Shown: positions 51,147 to 62,497 of the stretch, piece by piece
Position numbering within the stretch: position 1 is the stretch's first letter
Layout of the letters: every line of letters starts with the position of its first letter
Source of the DNA: Rebecca billardiae RCC1528
Lineage: Eukaryota > Protista > Haptophyta
Assembly: GCA_965240325.2 (NCBI GenBank)
Contig: OZ251246.1
Location: 682,001-746,000 of the forward strand
Direction: 5' to 3'
Length of the DNA: 64,000 nucleotides
Position numbers and translations under genes: made by a program
The notes under the pieces: model-generated
Database searches by the model: none
Told to the model about the DNA's origin: nothing
Seen by the model: the letters and a program-made list of their open reading frames with translations, nothing else

Positions 51147-52320
51147 TGCCCGCGCCCCAGTGGCGCGCTCGGCGGATGTGATGATACACCTTTGGCTTCG
51201 GAGAGCGTGCGATACTGCGATGAAGGATGGCGCGGCAACCTGCCACCGTGAGCCTTACGCACGTTAAAACAAATAAACTGTACACCTTTTTGCCCGGCGC
51301 CCTGCGGCGGCTGCGGCGAGGGCGTGCTCCGCTGGCGGGGCGAGCGCACGGGGCACGGCGCTGCGGGCGCGGATGTGCCCGCGAAGCCGGCGCGTGCGGA
51401 CGGGCTGTTGCGGGAGAGCATTCGGCGCCCTCCTGCGCCGCGCGACTTGCGCCACGCCTCTTTCGCCTCGGCTCAGAGCAGCGCGCACGCACGCGCCGCC
51501 TCAAGGCCAGCCTTGCCGCGCCGCAGCCGGCCGCGCGCGCGCCGTGCGCGGCGCGGTCGGGAAGGAACGGGCGCTGCTGCCGGGCGAGATGGCGAAGGCA
51601 TGTGCGCACGCCATGCCGCCCCGAGGCGCCTTGATGAGCGTGTCGTCGGTCTGTTTGCATGCCTCTTCGACTTGTTACCAATGGGGTGCACGACCTCGCG
51701 GTCGTGACCCTTGTCGGGACGATCATTGAGACACAGAACAGTGCCAGACGGCCGCGCGGGCTACTCTTGCATGGATGTTCATCACTGCGTGGTCATGCAG
51801 AAGTGATGGCTGCGACGCTTTCCTCGCGCTGATGCTCTTTCATCATCTTCTGCGAGCTCAGGTCTGGCTTCGTGCACGACAAGTGATCAGCACTCGTCAA
51901 CAGCTGTGCGGATCCGTTCTCGTGCTCTTTCGCGGCGCCGCGGGGCGGCATGGCGTGCGCACATGCCTTCGCCATCTCGCCCGGCAGCAGCGCCCGTTCC
52001 TTCCCGACCGCGCCGCGCACGGCGCGCGCGCGGCCGGCTGCGGCGCGGCAAGGCTGGCCTTGAGGCGGCGCGTGCGTGCGCGCTGCTCTGAGCCGAGGCG
52101 AAAGAGGCGTGGCGCAAGTCGCGCGGCGCAGGAGGGCGCCGAATGCTCTCCCGCAACAGCCCGTCCGCACGCGCCGGCTTCGCGGGCACATCCGCGCCCG
52201 CAGCGCCGTGCCCCGTGCGCTCGCCCCGCCAGCGGAGCACGCCCTCGCCGCCGCCCGCCGCGGGCAAAAAGGTGGATCCCTCACATCCGACGAGCGCGCC
52301 ACTGGCCAGGGCGCGGGGCA
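51147..52320. repeat. Second long inverted repeat (arms about 51147-51630 and 51934-52320)
   Basis: A core of about 320 bp is near-perfectly inverted. The left arm has about 95 extra bp bounded by a TACACCTTT direct repeat. Confidence 0.85.
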
Positions 52321-54742
52321 AATTGTCCATGCTGGTGGAGTTATTGTAAACTCGCGCCAGAAAAAAGGAGAGGGGAGGAAAAAGGAGGGGGAGGAGGGAA
52401 GGAGGGAGAAGAGAGGGGGAAGAAGAGAGGGAGGAAAAGGAGGATCATCGTAGTCGGTGATAGTGGTCAGTCTGATACAGCTGGGCGCTCGGTCAGGGAC
52501 ATCATGTCTCGGCTACAGACGTGACATCCGTCGACTGTAGTGGCTGAATCGGTTACGCCTGCTCGTCGTCGCGCGCTCGGCGCTTCGAAATCACTGTCGT
52601 CGTGCCGTGATTGTGACGACAGGCGACGACAGTGACCCTCCGCCGCAGGCAAAGCGCACGCCGTCAGACCTGGGCTCAGTGAGGCGGTAGCGGTGCGCAC
52701 ACGCCCTGCCGTCACAAACACATGCCGATGCATTCAATGGGCGTCTGGCTGTTTCACTCATCGACCACTGCTGCCGAGCAAGAGGAGCGCTCGAGTGAGG
52801 CGCGTCTAAGGCATGGTATCACGCCACGCAGTCAGCGGCCAGCGAGCAAGTGGGCGGCACTCCGCCCATCAGCAGCCTCCGCACACGTGCGAGCTGTGGT
52901 GGAGCTGTGCAGGTGGTCACGCGACAGACGAGAGGAGGCGGCTGAATGCGGGCGAACAGTCGCCTCAGCCGATGCGCACGAAAGCGTGTGTCGGTCAGCG
53001 GATGGCTACCTCGTACACACACGGCACAGTGCACGGCTGCCAACAGCACGTGCCACTGGGTGGGTCGCTCTCACAAAGGACTCAGCGCCGCGAGAGCGAG
53101 GAGCGCTGGCCTGACGACGGGGGGCGCGAGTGCAGGTGCGGTGGACCGGTGCCGCGGCCTGTATGCGACTCCCGATGCAAATGCGCGCGCGCGTGCGCGT
53201 AAGGGTGTCGTCCAGCCTCTGCGGCACTCAGACTCTGGAAGGCTGCTGCGGTGCACACATGTGCCTTCCTCAGCCGCCTCACGCGCCAAGTGGCACGCAT
53301 CACGGCGGCGAGAGCGTCCGCGACGTTGGCGATCGCAGGGCCGACCCCTAGCAGCTTCAGCGCCTCGTCCTCGGTACCGCCCGGAGCCCAAAGCTGCTGA
53401 AGCTCTGGGCCGACCACGATCTCACACTCACCTACCGTGCAGCAGGGGCCTGCTTTGCGAGCGCGGTCGTACGTGCATGGTCCCTTGCTCCACGGTGTGC
53501 TTTCTCTCGCAAATCCGCTGCTGATCGCGCCTCTCAGCCATGCGCCCAGCGCCGCCGCGACAAGCTGCGCAGCGCCGCGGCTGTCGGCGCGCGCGAGGGC
53601 GGCCGCGACTAGGCACGCGACGGCAGGCGGTGCGCTGTGCGGCGCGGCGGCGAGCGGCGCGTTCGGCACTGCCGGCGCCACAGAGGCCGCGCGCTCGCAG
53701 CTGAGATTGCGGTGCGCGTCTACCCATCACCCGCGTCGCCGACCGCTGGCGGCAGCGGTGGCCGCCGAGGGCCGCGCGCACTGGCGGCGTAGGTGTGCCG
53801 CGCGCCGCCGACTCCGAGCGTGCACGCGGGCGCGCGTGTGTGCGTCACGTCGTCGGGAAAGGGCAACGCCACGGCGCCCCGCATCTGCCGCGGCCGGCAT
53901 GGCGACACGAGATACGGCCGCGTCCCCCGAAGGTCAGCGGCGCTAACACCGAAGTCAGCAACGTGAGCAGCGCCAACCTCGACGCAGACAAGAGCTGGAC
54001 TGCTTCGGCTTAGCTGTCAGACGCCACGTGGGTGGTCAGGCGCGTCCCCTGCCGACACGTGCATATGTGCCAGTGGGAGTGATGCACGCGAGGCCACGGC
54101 GTTTAGCGTCGATCGTGCGTTGCCAAACGCGCCTTGAGGTCGCTCCCCACGCGCGGTCTGTGAGGGTGTTTGAACCCCTCGCCGGGCGCCATCGTCAGCG
54201 ACCAAGTGCGAGGGCCGGAGGAGGGGAGTCAACGAGGGCCAAGGGCGTTGTCGCCACGAGGCCTCCGCCAACTCGTGCAACCATTGGCTGAGCCAAAAGA
54301 TGGCAGTCTGAAGTCCTATGTGAGCCAAAAGATAGCCCAATAAGTAAAAGTCCTGCCTAGGCCCTTCCGGACAGCCAAAAGAGTCCACCAGCATGCCCTA
54401 GTAGCCGTGCGCGGGCACCAGTTCTTGACGGCTCAGGCAGACGCCCAACGATGGCGGAGGCCGCCAAGACTACCAGCCAGGCTGGAGGCCGCTCCGTCCG
54501 CAGAACTCTGACATCTCCGGCCAGTTCGGCCAGTGGTGTGGCAGCCCGCATGCGCGGTCGGCAGTGGCCTTGGTCAGTAGACCGCCAGAGAGATGACGAA
54601 CATCAGCATGCGGGACATCTCACAAGACTCACATCATGATTCTACTCAACTTCAAGACTCCGAACTCGAAGTAATCATCAGTAACCGTTCTTGTCGCGCC
54701 ACTGGCGTGCCGAGCGTCAGCTCGACCATGCGGTCGCAGCGA

Positions 54743-55435
54743 CTACTGCTGCGTCTGCAGCAGGTGGATCTCCCGATCAAGCTTGGCTCCCGACCGTTGC
54801 CACAGCGCCAGGTTAAACGCTGCCGTGCGTAGGCCGAGCGGCGTCCAAGCGCGGAACGCATCCGCATCGCTCAGTATCCCCAGCTTGGCGTAGAAATCCG
54901 TGACGAGCGCGGCGCCGAAGAGCGGGTCGGGCGGCGACGCCGGGGTGCTTGGCGGCGGGGGAGTCGTGGCTGCAAATCCGGGTGGGCCGTCGTACACCCG
55001 CCAGAACTCGCGCATCGAGGGCGCGTGCGGGCGATCGCAATGTGCGTGCGCAGAAGACTGCCGGAGCTTCAGGTCATCGATGAATGCCTGTGCTCGAGCC
55101 TCCAATGCGTCGTCGCGCTCGGTGCGCAGCCGGCAGAGCACCACTTCATTGCTTGTGCTCGGCGCGTCAGCCAGCCGCTCCTCGAAAGGCGTGAAGCGCA
55201 CTGCGGACGCACCGCCCTCGAGCACCCATGGCACACCTGTCCTCGGGTGGCGCACGACGACGCCTGCATGGTCGAAGACGCCGCGCCCGTCGTGCGAAAG
55301 GCCGTACTTGCGCAAGGTGCATACGGTCGCAAAGAGTGGCTGCGCGCCCAGCGCGTCGCAACGCTGGCTGAAGAGTAGGAGGTCGCCCGTCTGTGCGTTG
55401 GACGCGAGGGCCGTACGGACGGCCACGTCGGCCAT
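54743..55435 (-). CDS. Permuted NlpC/P60 (papain-like, YiiX/YebB-type) protein lacking the catalytic Cys
   Basis: QTGDLLLF, FDHAGVVV, PWVLE, FTPFEERL, VLCRL, and LFGAALVTDFYAKLGIL...WTP where the family normally has FCSELV. Confidence 0.72.
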   Translation of the reverse strand: MADVAVRTALASNAQTGDLLLFSQRCDALGAQPLFATVCTLRKYGLSHDGRGVFDHAGVVVRHPRTGVPWVLEGGASAVRFTPFEERLADAPSTSNEVVLCRLRTERDDALEARAQAFIDDLKLRQSSAHAHCDRPHAPSMREFWRVYDGPPGFAATTPPPPSTPASPPDPLFGAALVTDFYAKLGILSDADAFRAWTPLGLRTAAFNLALWQRSGAKLDREIHLLQTQQ

Positions 55436-58400
55436 TGCCCTCGGCAGCCACACGCTCACCCTACAGTTTAAATTATAATGGTACTGTACTGTGTGCACGT
55501 TAAAACATAGTAAACTGTCAATCTCGCCTGCCTGAGCCGTGTGCGTCTCTTATTCTTATAGTAAACTGTATGATTACGTGCACACTTGGTCAAGGCGTGA
55601 TTGACGCCATCCAACACTGCACAAAGACACCGCCACAAAACAGACCGGCGCAGGCAGGTGAGGGGCGCGTTGCTGCACCTCATCGAGGCGGCGGCCCGAT
55701 TGCAGCAAGCGGCCGCCCGCCCCGCGCTCGGAGGCACGCGCTAGAGAGCGCGCTCTGACACCACACGGGGAGGGTGCTGCACCTGGATGTTGTATCCCAC
55801 CCACCTCGAGAGTGCAGCCACGCCAAACAGTAGCGGTTTTTGACGACTGCTGTTTTCGCAGCATTTTTGGGGAAAATCTCTCCGGACGGTGGGTTCGCGC
55901 GCATCACTTGAACTACAGTACTATGTGCGTCTCTTATTCTTAGTTAGTTAGCAGTGAGTAAACTGTACGCGTCTTCCACGGGCTGTACAATATAGTATTT
56001 ACACTGTCAACTCACCAAGGCGCCCCCACCCCTCCAGCTCGGAGCTACTCCGCTCGGGCGGACGCACAGCTGAATCACGGGCCGCATAATTTACATGTGC
56101 TGAAGCAGTACGACGCGCTGGCACGGCTACAGGCAATCGCGGGCAATAAAAAGTCAGAGATCTCACGGCTAGCCTCGGTTTCTTAGCCGTTCGGTAGCCC
56201 GAGCGCCTACGGAGTCTCTGTTTCTTAGCTAGGTCCGCCCGCCGCGCAGGCGCGGGGGGCGCAGGGGGGCAGAGCCCCCCGCTGAGTCTTTAGGCCCGGC
56301 CGGCGAGGGCGAAGAAAATTTTGGGCCTTTTTGGAGCAAATCTGGCATGATGTTGCATGGATGCTGCGGTGCACTGGCCAGGAGTCAGTCATCAGGAGAA
56401 GTCGGGACTTGGCAGCCTGTACTCGTAGTCGGGCCGCGCGCGCCGCGTCCCCGCGACGGGCCGACTGCGCCTCGCGGCCCTCGGCGGACCACTCGTCAGC
56501 TGGGACGACGTAGTCCCGGTTTCTTATAGTGTGACTATGCGTATAGCGAACCAACCAATCGCTAGTCTCAGTTTCTAGGCCAGATCCGCAGATTGCAAGC
56601 CCCAGTTTCTTAACGTGACAGCTCCTAGTGACCTTATTGCCCGCCGGATTGCCTGATGTATGTCGCTGAGTTCAGAATTAGAAATCGCGCCCTTTTAACA
56701 GTGCAGTGGTCGCGATCTGAGTTGGCTAGCCTGCCCGATGCGCCTCGTCGCAGGGGCGTTCCCCGCATTGGTCATACCCAAATTGAACCACCTTCCTATC
56801 GAAACGGGCTTCCTCTATTTGAAGCGGGTACATTTGAATACGGAAAAAGGCAAAGCCTGCCCCGCAGCGGGGGAGTTTGCTTTTCAGGGGCGTGTGGCAG
56901 GATCCCGGGAACGCCCTTGGAGGAGCACGTAGAGCCCAAGAATGTCGACGAAGGACGACGAAAATTGGGCGAGAAAATCCATTTTTTTGACTTTCGGAGA
57001 AGTTCGAATTGCCAGATAGGATCTGAGGCGCTCAACTGGCTCAGCCGCGCCGCGCGCGCAGCGCGCGTGCGCCAGGCGCCGGGCGGCGACCAGCGTATCA
57101 AGATGTCACGGCGCAGCTAGAAACGCAGGCCAATGCCGCACCCACTGGCGCAGCTTGCTTAGTGCCCCCTGTCAGGCCTGCAGGTAGCGTGTCTGCTGCT
57201 TGTCCGGAGGCCAGCATCCGCGTCGTGGATCCGGTGAGGCAGCTCCGTACCGCGAGCAGCTGCTGCACGTCTCAGTCACCTTGTCCAGCATGCCGCGTGT
57301 CGGCGGTGCTCGCTACGATCACCTCCCTACGGACTCGTATGCGACCGAGCCCAGTTGGCTCCGACGCACCGGCTCTTCCATGACGGCCCAGCGTCCCGGC
57401 GCCACAGCAGACATGCTGCGCGGCCGCTCTGAGCTTGGCGGGTGAGTCAGCGGGTTTTATTCACTTTCTTCAATCAACCGCGCTTTGCAACTCGAAAAAA
57501 GTTTCCCTTTAATTCGCCGAAGTGCGATTCTAACTGACTCAGCCATGATTGTACCGGAAAGACGGAACGAGGAGTACCCAGACGACATCATCCTGAATAA
57601 TGACGACGCAGCCCGATAGTACATACTACTTTAGTGTGCCGCTTGCGCGGCGGGGGTGGTTTGTACAGTTTACGACACAGGAAAAATTGCATGGACCATC
57701 ACCATGGTCCAGCAGTAGTCATCATGCATAAAAACTGTGCCCTGGCGGGCGGGGGAGTCGGCGGGCCGTGCCAGTGCTGTCGCAATGTATCCTTTGCGGG
57801 TTCGCGTCTTTCCACATTCGCTCGTGGCCGTGGGTTACGGACAGTCGAGTGCAAGGACCAGTGATGACACGTGAAGTTGGCTCCCCGACGTGTGACACGT
57901 CTCAGTCTGTACTCTTATGCGCATCAGCGAGGCCCACACCCACGAGGGAATGTGCAGCGCGCGGGGCGGGGCGGGTAGCCCGTTGCTCCGCGCGAGCGCG
58001 GGTACGCACTGTATGTGCCGCATCTCGACCGCGATGGCGTAATCGAGCGCCTCGCCGCCGACGAAGCCGCCAGAGTAGATCATGTGCATGTCCTCCTGCC
58101 GCCAGCCGAGAGCGGTCGTCGCGAGGATGCTTGCCGATGTCTGCTCCGGGCATGATGGGCTCGGCGCAGGTCGCGTTGGCGTCGTGCACGGCTGCCACGC
58201 AGAGCACGAGCGCGTTGACGTTCGCGCGGTCGTCGCTCTTCGCCTCGTGCGACAGGTCTGGCGCCTGCGTGTTCGGCGGCACAAGGAGCTGTTGGTTGTG
58301 CGCGCGCGCGCACAGCGACAGCGTGTGCCACTCGCGATCGAGAGCGGGCACGAGCTGCTCGAGCAAACACACGATTCGCAGCGCATCCGTCACCGGCGTG

Positions 58401-59373
58401 ACGACGTCCGCCTCGTCCCGCAGCGCCTGCGCCATGGACGAGGATGGCGCGGCGATGTTGCATGCTCGACGTCCCGTCTCTCTGCAGATGGCATCACGGG
58501 CTTGTCTGCGTCGCGCTGCGGCGAGGGTCGCCAACTCGCGATGACGCGGTTGCTGCCACGGCGACAGACCCGGGAGGTGCGTCCGCTGCGCGTCGTACGC
58601 CGTTGGCGCTGCGCTTCCGTCGCATTGGTCACCGTCGACGCCATGCAGGCCGGACGTGGGCTTCGTCTGAGGGACCGGACCGCGAGCGAGGACTGAGTCC
58701 GGTGCGCGGATTCCGGCGATCGAGTTCAGAAGGCCGCGCCAAATCTTGCGTCGCGTGCGATGGCGCTTCCCGCCCGCGAGACGCCTCGTGATGAGGGCTT
58801 TCTCGCACCGAGCCCGACGCGCGACGGTGGATCGCGCCAGGCGGTCATCGTGCGCAGCGCATGATGCTATGGCCGGTGCGAGCTTTCGACGTGCACGTCG
58901 GGCGAGGATCGCCCCAAGTCGCACGATCGTGTCGACGCGCCGAGCGTACCGCATCAAACGGTCCGATTTGGGCCCCGTTCGACCTGCACGCGAGACGACG
59001 AGGGCAGCAATCGCGAATCGGGCGAAAACCCGTCTAGGGAATCCTCGCGCGATGTCCGCGCTGGCGTTGGATTCGGCGCGCGCGGCCCACGCGCTCCGCG
59101 CCAGGCGCCATATGGTTTTCGGCCGAGCGTCCCCAGTGGGAGCTGCGAGGGCGCCCGGTAGTGAGCGAAGCGATTTTCTTTTCTACTTTGCGAGGCGATT
59201 TTCTTTTTTCCTTTTCTTTTTCTTATCTTTTTCCCGGGCACTACAAGGGGCGGACCTACGGCCCGCCATTTCGGCCTCATTTGGGTCGTAGCGAAGCGGT
59301 AGACCCGGGTCATCAATGAGTTGTTCATTGTAGAAGCAAACCTAAGTTTGATTGCTGGAGAACCAATGGGACG

Positions 59374-59539
59374 AGGCTTAGAGGCATCCGATTGGCTGCT
59401 CTACATTTCGGACGTTCGGAACCCCCGAGATTTCAGATTCAGAGAGGGTACGTACTAGGCTTTAGAGGCATCCGATTGGCTGCTCTACATTTCGGACGTT
59501 CTGAAACCCGAGATTTCACGTCGAGAGAGGGTACGTACT
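59374..59539. repeat. 83-bp tandem duplication containing CCAAT-box (ATTGG) motifs upstream of the AP2 gene
   Basis: aggct(t)tagaggcatccgattggctgctctacatttcggacgttc...gagagggtacgtact occurs twice. Confidence 0.85.
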
Positions 59540-60137
59540 TTCTCGCTGATTGATGAGCATGCGTTTTGATTTTCGTGCGAGAATGTTCCTCGCATGTTCT
59601 TTCTGACTTTCATGATGATGTCGTATAGTAAACAGCATGGGTTGCAGTGTGATCGAGCGTCTTCCTTAGAAAACCGTATGTAGTAGTAGCTTGTCACGGC
59701 AACATCGCGATGACTAGAAAATCATCAATGCCAGTACTACCACCATAATACACCAGCTTGCTCTCAGAATCGTGTGTATGATGGTGTGCCCCGCGGGAAA
59801 ATTCGTTCGAATGCACCGCACCATCCTACCTGCGTCGGTAAATCATAGATGAGTGCCCCCTCTGCACCGATGAACGCCGATAATATCAACGGCCCGCCAT
59901 ACTACAACTCCAACAGGAACGGTCCGCGCACGCATTCGTCGTTGCGCGAATATGACCGCACGTCCGCAGATGCGCACCGGGATCAGGGGGTACTCGTTGG
60001 CGGTCAACCGGTGGGGTCACCAGCCTGCAGCAAGTACATCGATCTGCTGCAGTGAGCTGTGAGCTCCTCGGCGGGCAAGCAACCCGCCGCCGTGCAAGGA
60101 GCGCGGACGCGGCCCACCTGTATTTATCCACGGAGGC

Positions 60138-61289
60138 ATGCATCATCCCTCGCAGCCGCAGATCGCCGTGATGAGGCACGCTTGTCGCCGGCTGAGTGGC
60201 GACCATCAGCACGTGGACGACGCACGCGCCGCCAAGCGGCAATGCGTCAACTTCGTCGCCACGCCACCACCACTGTCGCCGACCACGCAGGCGCTGGCGG
60301 GCGCAGCGGGCGCAGCGGGCGCAGGGCAGACGAACGAGCTTGAGGTGTCCATTCAGTCTGTTCTCGACAGCGTCATGCATGACGCTGCGGTGGTTGCTGA
60401 GCTGGACCGCTTGCTCTCGTGCAATGCGGAGGCCGCGCATATGGGAGCACACTCGTTGCCATGCCGGGCTGTGCGACGGGCATCCCCATCGTCGTTCGAC
60501 TTTGTGCGACGCGTGCTGAGCGAGGACCCTGCGCTGTCACCGCCCAAGGCGGCATCAGCAGATGCCGCCAGTGACGCCGCTCACGCGGTGGCGGCGGTGC
60601 CATCACCGGCGCGCCCACTGCCTGCTCTTGTGCACCACCCCTCGTGGACGGCCGCGACAGCAGAAGCAGCCTTCACCCCGGATGGCCTGCAGCCCACGTG
60701 GAAGGCCCAGGCGTGGGCAGCTGCTTTGCCGCACGGGCTGGCCCACGCATCGCGCTCTGCGGCAGAGGGCACCTATTCGCACGGGTTCACGCCGGCCAGT
60801 GATCTCGCTGCCTGCGCTGCGCCCCGGGCGCCGCCGGTGCTCACCGCCGCGGGCTCCTCCATGTTGCCTGATGCCATGACAAATGGCATGCCTACCGTGT
60901 TGCCGCCGACGATGGGCTTCTCCTCCCTGCCCCCCGCTCCAATGCCGGTGCTGGCGCAGTCCGTGCAACCTGTCACGCAGCGGCAGCTCCCGCACACAGG
61001 GTTCATCGGCGTGCGCTGCCGCCAGTCAGCGAGACCGGGCGAGCAGCAGCAGCATGCGAAGCCGTATCATGGGCGCGTACGGTACAAGGGCAAAGAACAC
61101 TACACGCGCTTCTTTGCGTCGCCGGAGGAAGCCGCGCGCGCGCGCGATAAGCTCGTGGTCCAGCTCGGCCTTCACCACGCGCGAAAGTTGAATTTCCCTT
61201 TGCCGGAGTCGGAGGCAACGGCGGCGGTTTCCGAAGCCTACGACAACGGCTCGACCGACAACAGCACGGCTGTGCCGTCGCGTGGCTAG
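60138..61289 (+). CDS. AP2/ERF-domain transcription factor (possible upstream exon from 59849)
   Basis: C-terminal TGFIGVR...YHGRVRYKGKEHYTRFFASPEEAARARDK....LNFP and a low-complexity N-terminal region. Confidence 0.8.
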   Translation: MHHPSQPQIAVMRHACRRLSGDHQHVDDARAAKRQCVNFVATPPPLSPTTQALAGAAGAAGAGQTNELEVSIQSVLDSVMHDAAVVAELDRLLSCNAEAAHMGAHSLPCRAVRRASPSSFDFVRRVLSEDPALSPPKAASADAASDAAHAVAAVPSPARPLPALVHHPSWTAATAEAAFTPDGLQPTWKAQAWAAALPHGLAHASRSAAEGTYSHGFTPASDLAACAAPRAPPVLTAAGSSMLPDAMTNGMPTVLPPTMGFSSLPPAPMPVLAQSVQPVTQRQLPHTGFIGVRCRQSARPGEQQQHAKPYHGRVRYKGKEHYTRFFASPEEAARARDKLVVQLGLHHARKLNFPLPESEATAAVSEAYDNGSTDNSTAVPSRG

Positions 61290-62137
61290 CTCGGCACAGC
61301 GGCACGCCGACGGCAGTGCAGCTGCTGCGTGCTATTGTGCACGGGTCGTGGGTGCCGTCTTCATCGTGATCATCAGTCAGTACAACGTACTGTAGCTAGC
61401 AGGCTGATACGGGCGATGACTGAGTGAGGGAGTACCGACCGCGTAGCCTACCTTACACTTTACATCAGGACAAATAACTAGCTAGTATAGTACGACGTGT
61501 AGTTATAGATAACAACCAACCGCTTGTCAGGTGGTCCTAGTTTATGGTATATTGTTATGCCCGACCGCGTTCCGCGGTGTTCCTTTTTTTATAATCCTCG
61601 TAGAATCAACGTTACTATGTGCCAGGGGCACGCCGCGCACGCCGGCGGCGCGCGGGCGCAGGGCGCAAGCGCCATCATCACGGCGCGTCGGCGATCGCGG
61701 CAACAAGCACGAATCAAAGATGCGCGCAAATAACGATGGCATCAATATATAACACAACTGCTGACCCATACTGATGATACTAAGCGACGGCAATACAGCT
61801 TAATGAACCGAAGCTCATCATATCCGCCTGATGACATGATGTGCTGCCCGGCTGACATCCACGCGGCAATGTTATATATATAACATATACGATGACACTG
61901 TCATGTTGATTATTATATTGACCGATGATACACTAGATAGCTATACCTTACACATGCACAATTATAAGTATTTATTAAGACTATACGCTATTCGTTTGTA
62001 CGACGACTTAATTGATAATTAGGCGGCATCTAAACACGACAGAAACTGAGTAGTGAATAAACATGATGATGACGATGCTGATTCATGTCGGCTACAGGGG
62101 GCGGTTCAATGTGATATATATACTATTTTTGTAGTTA

Positions 62138-62250
<113 letters not shown>

Positions 62251-62435
62251 TCTCTATTGATGGATTAGGGGTGGAATTCCCATTTCTGGCGCACTTCCGC
62301 ACTGGGGAGGCGAATAAAAAGCGTCATTAAATACGCGAATAAGGAATAGACTATCAATAATGGGAATAAAGCGCACGCATCAGTGCGAAGAATGTTTTCC
62401 GGGTGTATCAGCGTAGGTCAGTTATTATGCGAAGC

Positions 62436-62438
<3 letters not shown>

Positions 62439-62495
<57 letters not shown>
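62439..62495. repeat. (AG)n microsatellite
   Basis: Direct. Confidence 0.98.

Positions 62496-62497
<2 letters not shown>

Noticed and set aside
56253-56332. GGGGGGCAGAGCCCCCC hairpin as a terminator or ncRNA
   Set aside because: Eukaryotic context. It is more likely an internal motif of a repeat, and the boundaries are not definable.
57902-58957. 351-aa minus-strand ORF (and 62564-63841, 13952-14329, 52.7-54.0 kb ORFs)
   Set aside because: Partly protein-like but with no identifiable motif, so a call cannot be supported.
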